From: Octopus vulgaris
Taxonomy: Eukaryota
NCBI GenBank assembly: GCA_951406725.2
Contig: OX597815.1
Location: 164,610,001-164,674,000, forward strand
Length of the DNA stretch: 64,000 nucleotides
Direction of reading: 5' to 3'
Positions 25,330 through 39,482 of this stretch are shown piece after piece (within the stretch, counting starts at the first letter, position 1; every line of letters begins with the position of its first letter). The notes beneath the pieces are model-generated. The model searched no databases, was not told the DNA's origin, and saw only the letters and a program-made list of their open reading frames with translations. The translations under genes and the position numbers were made by a program.

Positions 25330-26545
25330 AGAACAAAAGCCCCACGATTATATTTTTCGGTCATTTTTCGGGGTTTTATTCCCACCTTTTACTTGTTTTA
25401 GTCATTAGACTGCGGCCATGCTGGGGCACCACCTTGAAGAATTTTTAGTCGAATGTATCAACGCCAGAATTTTTTTAATGATTTTCAGTCAGTGCATGAA
25501 GTTAAGTCTAGAAGGTCTCTCCACATGCTAGAAATAACACCCAAATCTCTTGAAATTTTACTATAAACCCCCTCGGTTATATGTTTTGGTTATTCTTCGT
25601 TTTTTTTTTCTCTAAAAATCTTATTACGTGTTTCAGTCATTAGACTGCGGCCATGCAAAGGCACCACCTTGAGGAATTTTTAGTCGCAGAAAAATCAACA
25701 TTTTAAAATTTATATTTAAAGTCTTTTGTTTTCTTCTCTCAGCACTTACAGATTAATGAGAATAAGTTGACCTTTTGAACTTTCTCCGGCCGTTGAAGAT
25801 CTAACAGAATTATGGGCCGAAGGCTAGTCATTCAAACGTACTTCTTATCGTTTTTATGTTTCTAAACATTTCTTGAAGTAAATGCTTTCCCTTTTGTTAG
25901 AATTCAGACAATGTGTACATTGATTAGTAAAGAGTTTTGTGCTCTGATATTCTGTTCTATTTATTTATTTTCGATTGAATATATTTTGTTTACTTAAAAA
26001 TTAGAATTTTGGAAAATAAAATATTTTTTTTACCACCGCGATTTCCGTTTTTGTTTACGTGAAATTATTAAAATAAATTCTAAGATTTGGCTGTAATTTC
26101 TAGCATGTAGAGAGACCTTCAAGGCTTAACTTTTTGTACAAGTTCAAAATCACCTAAAGAAATATTCTGGGCTCGATACAGTCGATTAAAATTCTTCAAG
26201 ACGGTGCTCCAGTATGGTCACAGTCTAATGACTGCAACAAATAAGAATAAGACGAAATATATCGCAGAAGTGGTTTTGATCAGGCTTTTAAAAAAAATCT
26301 GGGTTCCATACAGCCATCTAAAAAGTCTTCAAGATAGTGCCCCAGCATGGCCGGCCGCAGTCTTATAACTGCAACAAGTAAAAAAGAAAAAAATTCTGGG
26401 ATCGATACGTTCAACTAAAAATTCATCAAGGCGGTACCCCCAGCATGGCCACAATCTAATGGCTGAAACAAGTAAAAGGTGAAGAAAAAAAACGAAAAAA
26501 AGGAACCGAAAAATCTAACCGTGGTACTTTAGTCCGAAGAACCTT
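25330..26545. repeat. Old foldback structure with SINE-A 3' ends in both arms
   Basis: 25503-25548 is inverse of 26084-26130; SINE tails at 25385 and 25625 (-) and at 26165, 26300, 26395 (+). Confidence 0.6.
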
Positions 26546-26994
26546 TGTCCACTTTCACACTTTAACTATGGGGCTTAAATCACAAATATGGTGGGTGGAT
26601 GTACCCTATTTTTCAAATCCTGGCAGCAACACAGAAGCTGGAAGCAGGATAATAATCTAATTCTATACTTTATCACATTCACGTATTAAAGCACAATACA
26701 CACAGAGTCAAAAAGAAACGCTACCTTTCACCCGGCACTGTCGTTCACGCAGTGCTCTCTCTCCATAGCGTGAAGCTTCCTATCTTGGACATGTGAGCAT
26801 GCGCACGACAGCCAAACACCGCGTCGCTGGAGCTCTGAAGCGTACTGTTCTATACAAAGATTTTTGCATTCTTTTTTCATAAACTAGTGGATGGCTACTG
26901 ACATTAAGCTTAAGGATTATATAATGTACAAGTATAAAGAAAGAATTAAGGAAAAAGTGACTCATTATAATGTCTGGGGGCGGCATGAGTTGAA

Positions 26995-27480
26995 CGGTAG
27001 ATATTGCTTGGAGCCCGTAGGCTTATAGTATATATCTGTTTCTATTACGTTGTTAGACTTCTTAATGAAGATGTCAAGGAAGGGAAGGTGTTGCTGGCTA
27101 TATTCCATCGTAAATTGAATGTTTACATCAATTCCATTAAGAAGTGCTTGGAATTCTTTAAGTTTCTCTATATTTTCATGCCAAAGAAACCAGGTATCTC
27201 TTCCAGTTATTTCCTATGTAGAGGGAGAATGGGCTGCTGTATTTCTCTAGAACCTTACGAAAAAGGCTAATTTCTAGATATCGCATGACTAGGTTAGCAA
27301 AGGAGGGGACCATTTTCGTACCCATCGCAGTCCCCGGTTTTTGTCGGTAGAAGTTGTCTTTGAATACGAAGTAGTTATTTTCCAGGATGAATTTTAGCCC
27401 TTCTATCACGAATTCTTTTTTGATGCGATGTGGGAGTTCGTTGGCGTAATTCTCTAGCCAGAACAATACATAGGCCAAAC
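26995..27480 (-). pseudogene. PLE reverse transcriptase fragment
   Basis: FILENNYFVFKDNFYRQKPGTAMGTKMVPSFANLVM..NWKRYL, then QFTMEY..FLD. Confidence 0.88.
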
Positions 27481-28138
27481 AAAAAATAATCTACGCAAAA
27501 GAATGGTCTGCACAGATCCTAGATCAAAATTCCGCAAAACAGAAAAATAGCAATCAGCCAACACATAGACATTTGCGCCAATAACAAAAATCCAAGCTTC
27601 CGATTTTTTCCCCTCTACCAACTCAGGGACGATACAACCTGTAGCCAACGAATCAGTAAAGAGACTCTCTTCATTACAAAATACAGACCCATTTTGAACG
27701 CGTCTACAACAAACGACATATCCACCACGGCATTAGAATAAAACAAACACACACGCAAATATTAAAAATGATACACTCAAGAGATTCCCAAGAATTCATT
27801 AAAAAACCGTCCCAATCACTGCTATAATCCATAACGAGCCAATTTTAACTTGACTATTTAACACCTTACTACTTTCATACTATCTACATTCCCTCTTATT
27901 GTCCCTTCTCTTTCTTCTTCTTCTTCTTCTTCTTCCTCTCCGCTACCTCCTTCCTAACTTTACCACTATTGCTGTTTAGAATAACACCTTCGCAAATTTT
28001 ATAAACAAAACATTCAAAAGAGATGTTTCAGGAATTCAACAATTACTACTACCATCCACGGCGGGTCACATGCCCCTTCTACCACAATCCACAGCGGGCA
28101 GTTGACCATTTAACATGCTACTGTCATGGCACTCCCAC

Positions 28139-28223
28139 ATTCTTCTTCTTCTTCTTCTTCTTCTTCTTCTTCTTCTTCTTCTTCTTCTTCTTCTTCTTCT
28201 TCTTCTTCTTCTTCTTCTTCTTC
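28139..28223 (+). repeat. (TTC)n microsatellite
   Basis: Direct. Confidence 0.96.
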
Positions 28224-28505
28224 CCTACCAAGAATTCACAACGACCTCGAACCCACAAGAGTAAACAAGAGAGATAGAGACAGGCAGAAACAAGGAAAAT
28301 GTCACTTGTATTTGAACACTATGCAAATATTCATTTAAAAAACTTTTCTTTTAATTTTTCCAAAATTTAATTGTTTTCCATACTTACAGTTGAAAAAGTC
28401 TCAATGACTGGAACAGGTACTGAAATGGTTTTTATAAAATTATTTTAGCATTTTCTATCTTGATTTTTTTCCATATATATTAACTCGTGTGTCCCTTTTC
28501 AACCT

Positions 28506-28555
<50 letters not shown>

Positions 28556-28558
<3 letters not shown>

Positions 28559-28712
28559 TTCTTTCAGTTTCCGTCTACCAAATCCACTCAAAAAGTTTTG
28601 GTCGACCCGAGGCTATAGCTGAAGACACTTGCCCAAGGTGCCACGCAGTGAGATTGAACCAGGAACCATGTAATAGGGAAGCCAGCTTCTTACCAAATAG
28701 CCACTCCTGCGC

Positions 28713-28713
<1 letters not shown>
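28556..28713 (-). mobile_element. SINE family A, 5' half
   Basis: Matches 16645-16800. Confidence 0.85.
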
Positions 28714-28752
<39 letters not shown>

Positions 28753-28842
28753 TTAGTGTTTTTTCTGTTGTGATTTTTGCTACCCAGGTATCGGTTATCA
28801 TTTGAATAATCCGTAATAAGATAATTCATTTATCTACTTCAA

Positions 28843-28917
<75 letters not shown>

Positions 28918-28919
<2 letters not shown>

Positions 28920-29112
28920 AAATGTGACCCCGTGTGTACTGTTGGCGATTTTTTTTTCCTCTGTCTTCTCTTCTCTGGATCTTTCCTTCTCCTATGTTTC
29001 CGACGAAGAGCTCCGCTCGAAACGTTAAACCCTCCTTCTTACGTTAATACTATATTTGTTCCACGTCCTCGCGTTGTTGTGTTTTTTTGTGTTTTCTTGT
29101 TTGGATTAACTT
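28918..29112 (+). mobile_element. (TA)n-flanked PLE terminal-repeat-like element carrying a minimal hammerhead
   Basis: Homologs at 15818 (-), 49492 (-) and a diverged one at ~42130-42275 (-); bounded by (TA)n. Confidence 0.72.
28996..29030 (+). ncRNA. Minimal type I hammerhead ribozyme motif (CCGACGA core)
   Basis: GTTT-CCGACGA-A-GAGC tcc GCTC-GAAA-CGT-T-AAAC; stem I GTTT/AAAC; palindromic AACGTT stem III. Confidence 0.68.
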
Positions 29113-29367
29113 TATATATATATATATATATAATGGGTTATTTCCCTAGGCTGTTAAAATGAAATATATAAGATATATATAAGGATCCATTCCAGGAGCC
29201 CTAGTATCGATTTTTTTTCAACGATGTGGGTAGGCCATGAGGTTTCCATACGTGAGTTCTACCCACGTGTCAAGTTTCATCAAAATCGATAAAACGATGT
29301 AGGAGGAGTAAGTTAACAACTCCACAAACACACCTACATTTCCCACATATGTAGTATATATATATAA

Positions 29368-29530
29368 GGCTTCTTTCAGTTTCTGTCTGCCAAATCCATT
29401 CACAGGACATTGGTTGGTCTGGAGCAATAGTAGAATAGTAGAACATACCTGCCCAAAGTGCCGTACAGTTTACTGAATCTGGGACCGCATAGTTAGGAAG
29501 CAAGCTTCTTAACCGGACAGCCACGCCTCT
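29368..29530 (-). mobile_element. SINE family A, 5' half (diverged)
   Basis: GGCTTCTTTCAGTTTC..AAGCAAGCTTCTTAACC..CAGCCACGCC. Confidence 0.75.
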
Positions 29531-29699
29531 CTTCACCCTTTAAGACATTTCTCTTTCAGATGTTAAATTTGATGTGGATGATGCTTTTCATGATGCTTGA
29601 TGAATATTTTGGTGTCCCAACTTAATATTAAACAACAAAAGAACATCATGGACTATATTGCTATAACAAAATAAAAAGAAGACCAGAAGCACTATGAAT

Positions 29700-30100
29700 A
29701 TTCTTTTCTACTCGAGGCACAAGGCCCGAAATTTTGGGAGAGGAGGCCAGTCGATTAGATCGACCCCAGTACGCAACTGGTACTTAATTTATCGACTCCG
29801 AAAGGATGAAAGGCAAAGTCGACCTCGGCGGAATTTGAACTCAGAACGAAAAGACAGACGAAGTATCTATTTCTTTACTACTCACAAGGGGCTTAACACA
29901 GAGAGGACAAACAAGGACAGACAAACGGATTAAGTCGATTATATCGAGCCCAGTGTGCAACTGGTATTTATTTAATCGACCCCGAAAGGCTGAAAGGCAA
30001 AGTCGACCTCGGCGGAATTTGAATTCAGAACGTAAAGACAGATGAAATACCGCTAAACAATTTACCCGGCGTGCTAACGATTCTGCCAGCTCACCGCCTT
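29700..30100 (-). mobile_element. Two tandem SINE family B copies
   Basis: Core GAAAGGCAAAGTCGACCTCGGCGGAATTTGAA twice; 5' end CGCCTT at ~30100. Confidence 0.88.
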
Positions 30101-31252
30101 AGAAGCACTATATTATGAGAAGGAAAGGGTTTATATGTTATTTGGTAATAGTGTTTTCATTAGAAAAGCTCGGGAAAATAAATATATATTCCAACAAAAC
30201 CTGTTGTCGGGTATGATAATGGTACTGTGTTTAAGACTGACAAACAGTTCACAAAAGATAGTGCATTGTTATTGCTGTTTTGTTTGGTCTCAGATCAACG
30301 ACATTCTTTCAATGGTATCCAGTTCTTATCTTTTTACAGGTATGGTTTATCTATGATTACAATTTCCGATGTATCCAAGATTACAATTTCATGTTTAAAC
30401 AATAATACGAGGTAAATTTCCCAGCCTTTTTTCTTTATAGGTTGAGCAATCACGTGGGAAGTTCCTCGTTGGCTCCAGTGGTGGTGTAAAGGAAGTAAAA
30501 ATGGATATTATTTTCTGAGAAGTTGCAAGTGAAAATGGTGGCCGTGGACGATGTAATGAATGCCAACAACTAATATTATTAGCTGCCAGCTACAAATATT
30601 ATTAACTGTGTCCCTCTATATTCCAGTAAGTCCATACCTTTGATATGCTATACATCAAAGGCAATCAGCTGCTATATTACTTATACTATGTCTAAATTTC
30701 GTGGAAACATTGCAAAGTCATTTAGTTAGCTGAGCTAAGATACTTTCAATATGCCTATATTTCGAGGAAACGCTGTCGGAGTGTTTCGTTAGCTGAATAC
30801 AGAGTAAAAATGTACGGAAATTTAATCGTCTATGTATATATGCGTGCGTGCACGTTCACAAATATTCTTTTATTCTTTTATTTCAGTCATAGGAGTGAGA
30901 CTGATGTCTGCTTTATCCGTTTCTCATGTGTCATCTGCTACATGACACATACATACATACATACATACATACATACATACATACATACATACATACATAC
31001 ATACATACATACAAACATACATACATATGTATATATATATATATATATTAGGCCGTCTAACCAGACGCTGTGTATTTATAGTGAAAAATATTGTATGTGG
31101 TTAGACGATCTAAGGTCTACTTTTTCAGCATATTGGCATAGAAAATTTTCTTTTGCCCTTATTTATAATCGTTTATAATTATCACCTTGAAAGGTATTTT
31201 AATACGCTGGCCACTGATTTTTTTTTCTTGAAAAATTGTATCCTTATATTAG

Positions 31253-31332
<80 letters not shown>

Positions 31333-32524
31333 ATATGTAAATATGCGTGTGTTGGCGACAGGAAGGGCTCCGTCTATAGAAAATCTGCCTCACGAAATTC
31401 CTTCTAACCTGCACAAGCACGAAAATGTGGACGTTAAATGAGAGTGAATGTATTTTTTAAGTCCTTATATGAATTGTACTATAAGATGTTAGTTTGTTTT
31501 TATACGTGATAGATTACGCAGGCTTCTCGAATTCTTACAATCTGTTTGGTTTGTGTTATGACCGGGTCTTAATATGACAGTTGATTTGTCCCGTGTATGA
31601 CTGCGTTTTGTTTTTATGAGATTGCTGGTGGATTGGTGGTCAGGGTGTTTGGTTAATAATAACATGGTCATGGGTTCGTTTCTTGGTTCGAGCTACAAGA
31701 TGTATCCTTGAACAAGGTACTTCATTTCTCGTTGTTTCAGTCTTCTTTCTCCTTTCAGCTGTCATATCTTTGGTGTTCTGTAGCGTTTAAGTTGGGGAAA
31801 CCGAGTGTATCTGTGTCTGCTCGCGACCATGTAGGCTCCTAAAATACACAACGAAAGCGCGGTACATGCTACCACGTTGTACTCACTTGGGAAATAAAAT
31901 TTTTGTTCCTGGTCAATGTTATTGGCTTTAGCAAGAAGTGAACGTATGCACTTCTGGTTTCTTGTTATGAATTTCTGTTTAAAGTTTTTGTTGTATCAAT
32001 AAACTAATATCATTGGAAGTTCAAGCAGATAAAAGAAATAGACATCCTGTCTATAATGTTGAAGAAATTCCACTTTCCCCTCTGTCATCAACGGTAAAGC
32101 GCTTGCTCACCATCATAATGCTTACAAGATGCCCATCAGGAAAGCAATGATGTCTTTATGTACTGTTACTTCTTAGATTATAACTGATCATTCTAAAGTA
32201 TTTGACTCTATTCTATACTTCCTTCTTATAATCAAAATACTTAATGATTTAAAAAAAAAAACACAACATAATGCGAGACAATGACGTGGTCGCTCATAGA
32301 AACAGAAGCCAAATTTCTTTCGTATTACACTTTAATTTACCATCTTAAAAGGAGAATGACAGATCGTAAAATGTGATCTTGACCGTACACTGCTCGAAAA
32401 ACATGACGGATACTCATGACAGGAACGCTTTTGACCATGGGTCTGTTGAATCAAATTTTGCTAAGTGTTAAATAAGCCTGTTTAGAATACGGTAACAATA
32501 CAACTAAATCTATGACGTCCTGAA

Positions 32525-32855
32525 GCTCGCTTTACAACCACGTGGTTTCGGGTTCCGTCCCACTGCGTGGCACCTTGGGCCGACCAATGCCTTGTGAGTT
32601 AATTTAGAAGATGGAAGCTAAAAGAAATCTGTCGTACATATGTGTATGTGTGTATGTGTGCATGTATGTATATGTGCGTGTGTTTTTGTGTTTGTATTTA
32701 TTCCCCACGACTTGACAACAGCTGTTTGTATGTTTACGTCACTGAAACTTTAGTTACCAGACTTAAAAATTAATAAGCACTTGGATCGATTTGTTCGACT
32801 AAATTCTTCAAGGCAGTGGTGTCCCAGCATATTCGCAGTCCAATGATTCACATAA
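32525..32855 (+). mobile_element. SINE family A, diverged
   Basis: GGTTCCGTCCCACTGCGTGGCACCTTGGGC..CCAGCAT..GCAGTCCAATGA. Confidence 0.75.
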
Positions 32856-33064
32856 GTTTTTGAAATTTTTTAAAGCTTCACGAGCGTGGTTGCGTAGTAA
32901 GATGTTTGCCTTCAAACCACATCGTTCCAAGTTCAGTACGGAAGAGTGGTGCATTGGGATAAAAAAAAACTATCCTTCCATATACAGAATGCAGCAAGAA
33001 AAACTGTGATGGGCCGTAGTGATTAGTAAAAATTGTCGTATCTTCCCTCTCACATCTCTCATTA

Positions 33065-33115
<51 letters not shown>

Positions 33116-33189
33116 TATTATTTTGTTTCAGTTATGTGCCTGCGGCCATGCTGGGGCACCATCTTAAGGGATTCTAGTCGATCAAATCC

Positions 33190-34260
33190 AGTATAAAGTT
33201 AATTCTAACAATAATAGACCACGTAGAACTAGGACTAGGAAAGTTTTATGGTTTAACCCTGTATTTAATATTGCTGTAAAAACTAATGTAGGTAGGGAAT
33301 TCTTAAAATTAGTTTCTAAATATTTTGAATGTAGCCATAAGTTCTATAGAATATTTAATAGGAGAATACTGAAAGTTAGCTATTCTTGCTACAAAATCTT
33401 CGCCTCTTTTATTAATAAGCATAACACGAAAATTATTACAAACAACTACAGCGCCGAAGCTAATCTGAGGAACTGTAGCTTCAAAGATAAGACTTGCTGT
33501 CCGTTGGAAGGTAAATCTCTTGACAAAGGAATTGTTTATAGAGCCAATGTACAAGTAAATGGTTCACAAGAATATAAAACACACACAGGGGCTTCGGAAA
33601 ATTCATTCAAGACTCGATTCTATTCCCAACGAATTTCTTTCCGATATCCCGAGAATAGGACAGCAGCTAGTCTTGCAAAGCATGTCTGGGAATTGAAAGA
33701 GAATGACATCCGTCCTTTCAATGTAACCGGGGAAATTCTAGAAAAAGCATCATCATATAGACATGGAGTTTATAAAAGACTAATGAAATGTAATATTTGC
33801 CTCCCAGAAAAGTTCTTCATCCTGTTCCAGGATAAACATGCTCTTAACCAGAGACGCGAGCTCTTAAATTCCTGCAGGCACACCACGGGGTTTAGAATGT
33901 CAACCGATAAAATACCGTATGGGTAAACTGTTTTGACTTTTGGAAAATGTTGACTGTCGCATTTGAATTTGACTTTACACCTTATAGTTATTTTATATTA
34001 CAATGCTAGTGCATATTTCCACTTCACTTTTAAGAAAGCCTTCGACTGTTTTACAAATTTAAGCTTAAGCTTTACCGAAGTTTATTTTTATTGTTCACTC
34101 ACGCATTTAATTATGTTATATCAAATTAATGACCAATTTCCTTATTTTAACATTTTAATATTATATACACCAGATAAATTTTTTTTAATTGTTTGCGCAC
34201 ATACATTATGATGTATTATATTTCTCCTGATGAGAAGATATGCCTCTAAATATTGATATG
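33190..34260 (+). pseudogene. PLE 3' part: linker, GIY-YIG endonuclease and AT-rich 3' region
   Basis: RKVLWFNPVF..KTNVGREFL; ORF 33504-33926 GIVYRANV..TGASENSFKTRF..LAKHVWELK..KCNICLPEK..RELLNSCRH; CTGATGAG remnant at ~34227. Confidence 0.85.
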
Positions 34261-35102
34261 TATGTATTGTTGATATGTGTATATCATGAATATGTATGTA
34301 TGTGTGTGTGCGTATATATATGTGTGTGTATGTATATATATACGTAGTGTTTTTACTTATCTTATAATAAACTTTTTAATACTTTTTGATAGTTATATAT
34401 AATTATGAAAAAATAAAAAATTAGATTAAAAAAATTAAATATTAATATAAAAGTAAATTAATAATTTTAAATTTAAATAATTTAAATTTTAAATTTTATA
34501 TTTTATATATTTTGTAAATTATATTAATTATTTTTATTTTTATGTATTGGTTTATGTTTTTCACTGTTTGATTTGCCTAATACTGGTTTTATCTCTAATT
34601 TAATTTACATATATATATATATGTAAATATTTATATACACACATATATATATATGTGTGTGTGTGTATATGTATATGCGTATGTACTTTTATATATGTGG
34701 GCATGTATTTGCGTAAATATTTTTTGTATATTTGTATGCGTATCTATATGTGTGTGTGTGTGTTTGTATATATGTTTGTATTTATGTAGATATACATTAT
34801 AATTTTATGTGTGCGTTTTTGTGCGTTTGTTTCACACGTCAGGAGCAAGTCGTTTGCAACAGTCGAAAGAGGTGACAAGTGTGTAAATGGGTGGGTGTAA
34901 CTCTGTGTGTGTCTGTGTGCGTAAGGAGGAGAGTGGTGATGTGGAGCGTGTGTGGATGCGTAGGTGTAGCCAAGCATGTGGATTTTTCGTGTGTGGGCGT
35001 GCGTGCGTGCGCGTGCGTGCGAGTGTATATATATATATATATATATATATGCGTATGAGAGGACATGCGTGTGCGTGTGTGCGTGTGTACACGCGTGTGG
35101 GA

Positions 35103-35149
<47 letters not shown>

Positions 35150-35479
35150 TATATGCGTCATGTTCGTGCGAATGTACATCCCTACGATTTTCTATTAGCT
35201 CCATTTGTACGATACGTTACACATTGTATATATGGTTCCTTGTGGGACCATATATAAAATATTGTTGTTATTATTAGGCAGATACATGGTATGGATGCTG
35301 TAAACGATTTAATTATGTTTTCTATCGGGCAACGTCCCATGGTCTATAGGGTGAAGTTCATCTCTTTTTATACGTTCTATAAGAAAAGAAAATACTTTTA
35401 TGCCGATCATATCTGTTCTTACTATGTGCCAATGAGTTTCAGAATAATTCTTACTGGCTTAAACAGGTTTTCTGCACTG

Positions 35480-36181
35480 CACCCACTTCCAAATTAAGGT
35501 TTGCTCACAAATTCTTCACATTTCTCAAGAGGCTCCACCGAGAGTTTGCAGATTCCTTATTTTGTTAACTTTTTTTGTCCCACCTTCTGGAAGTTTCTAG
35601 AATTCAAGTTGATATACGAATCGACGTTTTCAATTTCTTCGGGATTTTTTTTTTTTTTTTTTTTTGCTTTTTTTACCCTTGACTTTGGTATCATATGAAA
35701 ATACTACGTTGTTTACAAGATACAGCCTCTGTTTCTTATCAACGACTACAATATCCGGTTATATTCTATTCTTTCGGTTTTTGTTTGAAAGTCTCATAAC
35801 TTCACTTTATCACAGCTTCTCCACACCAAACTTCCAAAAGTTCTCGCAATTTTATCGTGCTGACACAGTTGATATTAATTCTAATGTGAATGCCAGTACT
35901 CTGATACAATGTGAGCTTTTGTCTCATCAATATATTTTACATTTGGGCGTATAGTCCTGAATATTTATTAACATTGTCTTGATTTAGGTTACCCTTTCCA
36001 TCATTATTTCTTTCACTAGCCGGAGCTAGTAGACCATGTCATCATGTGTAGATTTTACTTGTTTTTTTCCTTTTCTTTTGTGGGGTACCCTACTAACTCT
36101 GTAAAAAGTCCTCTTAAAACCGCCTTAAGACAAGCGTCTTTTTCTTCTAGATAGAAACTAGACGTTTTTCTTTAGTTCTGC

Positions 36182-36256
<75 letters not shown>

Positions 36257-37900
36257 AATTCTTATTATGTTTCTTTATTAGTCACTCAGGGCTGAACACA
36301 AAGGGGACAAATTACAAAGTAGAGCTTTTCTTTTGGGGGAGAAAATAAAAGAAAAGAAAAAGAGAAAAGAAAAAGTGGGGTGGGTTTTCGAACACAGTGG
36401 ACAACTAACAGAGTAGAGCGTTTCTTTTGGGGGTGAAAAAAAAAGAAAAGAAAAAGCGGGTTGGGTTTTCGATCAGAAGGGATTAATCTGCTTCCACATA
36501 CTGAGTTTGTTTGTTTGTTAGTTTCTTTTCCCAATATAAACTGTTCATACCTGATTAGAATTTTGTACTTCTGTACATTGCGAGTTATTTTCTTGTCTTT
36601 TGTTCTTGAAAATACCCTTCAACTCATCCTGCCTCAACTCAATAATTCCTTGTCCATGCCTTATTAGTGATATTGCTCTCAACTTGATTATTTGTATATT
36701 TCCCGCATTTGATTTGCATTTTAACATCGTTTGACGAAAATATTATTATACTTTACCGAATACTTATACTTTAGATTTTATCACCTTCCGGTAGTCCGAG
36801 ACACTTATATAGCTGCTTACATTCAAAGATTTTATAATTTCTCACAAAATAGATACCCTCCCCCGGTACTTTTTAATTTTTCCAACTTCGTCTCGATCAT
36901 AGAATATTTCTCGTTTCTGAATGTCATCTTGACGTCCTTAATAAATATTGTTTGGGTTTGCACAAAGAATCTATTAGATTCTTGTCTTTTCCATGAAGGT
37001 TTAAACCGACTATAAACAGGAGCAATTAGCTTTCCCCTATTGTTTCCCACTGCACATCCTTCCTCGGCTTTGTTTAGTATAATCTACAAAGGGATCGATA
37101 CTCTCGAGAACAGGAGAGGTTGCCTTATTGAAAGATTCCTATGACCTGTGCATCTGCTAACCATTCCTCTCTTCATGTTAACTTCCCTCCCTGGTGTCGC
37201 ATTGGATATTCTAACCAGCATTTAACCCTTTGCGCATCTCTAAACAATACTTGATCCTTGTGTAGGACTAAGTCATATGCCTTTCTATAATCGATACAAA
37301 CCATGTATATATTTATCATTCATTTTCAGCGATTACTCAAGACTCATATCGATCATTAATTGGGCTTTCAAATGTCTTCAGATTAATCAACTCAGAGGCC
37401 TCCAGTTTTTGCTTTTATTTTTTCGGCTTCTCATTTTTTAAGACTCCATAGTTTATCGTCACCAAAGGCTGCCCACATCAAATTCCATTTTATCCTGCAT
37501 GCTGCTATTAAATCCTAGTTTCAAATTTGGGGTTTGTATTTCTCTCGTTAGCTACGACAGTTTCAGTTTTCTAATTCTAATTCTCTGAAGAGTTGTCGTC
37601 ATCCATCTAGCATTGGACTGTTAATTTCTTGTAATATTTAATTGATCAGTCAGTCTCTGTGTTTCCTTGATTTCTGTGCCAGAGCGATAGTTTTTATTCC
37701 TGATTCACAATACTTGGTCCGTAAGGTGCTATTCACTGGAACTAAATACTCTTGCATCACATTCACAATTCCATGTCTTTTCCTAGATTGTCGCTTCCTA
37801 GTTTCACTTTCTAAATAATAATACATTGCTATCCTCTTGATTTTCATTTTCTGCTCCAATTTTTGCACAGCAGTAGCAGAATGGCAACCAAGTCTGCGGT
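35480..37900 (-). pseudogene. Old, highly degenerate R4/Dong-type element on the minus strand
   Basis: Minus translation fragments CIDYRKAYDLV (~37290), IGIFQ (~37135), PDIVVVDKKQ (~35750); interrupted by simple repeats. Confidence 0.65.
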
Positions 37901-38560
37901 ACTGTGCTGCAGATCACCTACCGGACAACAAACTTTCACAAGCGGTTCAATTTCCTTTCTCGCCTTTGTTTTTATTGAAGTGTGATATTGTAAACTTATG
38001 AGGATAGTGAGTTTAAGGTTACACTGTTACAAGTGTTTTTAATAAAGACTCACCTCATAGAGATGTGTCTCTACCAAAGACCTCATTTCTCAAGAGGTAG
38101 ATTTGACACCTCTAAGCGTCAGTGTTTTTGAGACACAATCTCTAGATAGGTTACCAACATGACTTAAAGAGGCTTGTCTACCCTATATTAAAGTAGTATA
38201 CGCAGTGCTTGCTGCTACAGCCTCTCAGATCATGATCCAGTAACATAAGCAGTAGGAGTTTGTCAATCTGTCGTGGACTTGATCCTGGTTTGATGTTTAC
38301 ATTATGTACAAGCATATTTAGATTCAACTTAAATAGCCATTGATTCATTTTTTTAAATTTATTTTCCCCTCCCCCCCCTCTCTCTCTCTTCTACTCAGTC
38401 TGTTTCTTTCTCAATTACTTCCACAAGAATATAAGTAGGTTAAAGTTCGTTATAACTCGCCTTTTGTAATATTTTTTCATAACCCTTGTTTCAACCAAGA
38501 AAACCCATTTTTATGTATCCATGAAATCAGTAATCGTATATGAGACCAAACGATTATCAT

Positions 38561-38630
<70 letters not shown>

Positions 38631-38729
38631 TCGTGTGTGTGTGTTGCGTCTCGCTTGCTTCCAGTAAAAAAATAAACAGATATTATTTGTTATAATTCGT
38701 TCCTTCCAATTTTTAAAGTTGTTCTTGTT

Positions 38730-38985
38730 TGACAGTGCTACCGAGAAGCGCTGCTGGGTCAAGATAAACTCTACAGGCACGGGTATGTTGCAAGACGGGC
38801 TTGTCTGAACTGCACTCAGAGTGACGAACCTGTTCTGCACGCGCTCGTACATCATCCGAACATTACCGACTTGTAGAGTAATGTCGAATAGCTGCTGGGA
38901 CGGATCTGTCTGTCGGCTGAGTTCCTATTGATGATTGCTCAGCCCCTCCTTTAATCGGGCAGGCAAGGAAGTTTTCCATTTCCCT
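38730..38985 (+). pseudogene. L1/Tx1-like LINE C-terminal fragment
   Basis: CYREALL..DKLYRHG..ACLNCTQSDEPVLHALV, a degenerate CCHC knuckle. Confidence 0.6.
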
Positions 38986-39021
38986 ATATATACACATATA
39001 TGCATATATAGATATATATAG

Positions 39022-39102
<81 letters not shown>

Positions 39103-39105
<3 letters not shown>

Positions 39106-39350
39106 TAAGTAATTAAGGGTTTAGCAACGATTTGCCTCACCACACACCGAATTTAGAAATAGCAGTCAAAGAGTTATAGCTATTCTTTCTACTAAAAGGG
39201 AGATCCCAGTAAAACCACAGCACTTTAAGTGCTTTGGTTTTACTGAGATCTCCCTTTTTAGTAGAAAGAATAGCTATAACTCTTTGACTGCTATTTCTAA
39301 ATTCGGTGTGTGGTGAGGCAAATCGTTGCTAAACCCTTAATTACTCAGTA
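39103..39350. repeat. Near-perfect ~250-bp palindrome flanked by (TA)n
   Basis: TACTAAGTAATTAAGGG..GCACTT-T-AAGTGC..CCCTTAATTACTCAGTA; few mismatches. Confidence 0.95.
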
Positions 39351-39437
39351 TTACTTAAACTTTCCTCGAACGAGGCTTTTACATGCCGAAATCTACTGGT
39401 GAAATTAATGATTATTCCAAATTAATTAGTTTTACCC

Positions 39438-39482
<45 letters not shown>

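Noticed and set aside
25740-25955. Possible host exon on the minus strand (GTAAG donor at ~25750)
   Set aside because: The frames I read contain stops and show no recognisable protein.
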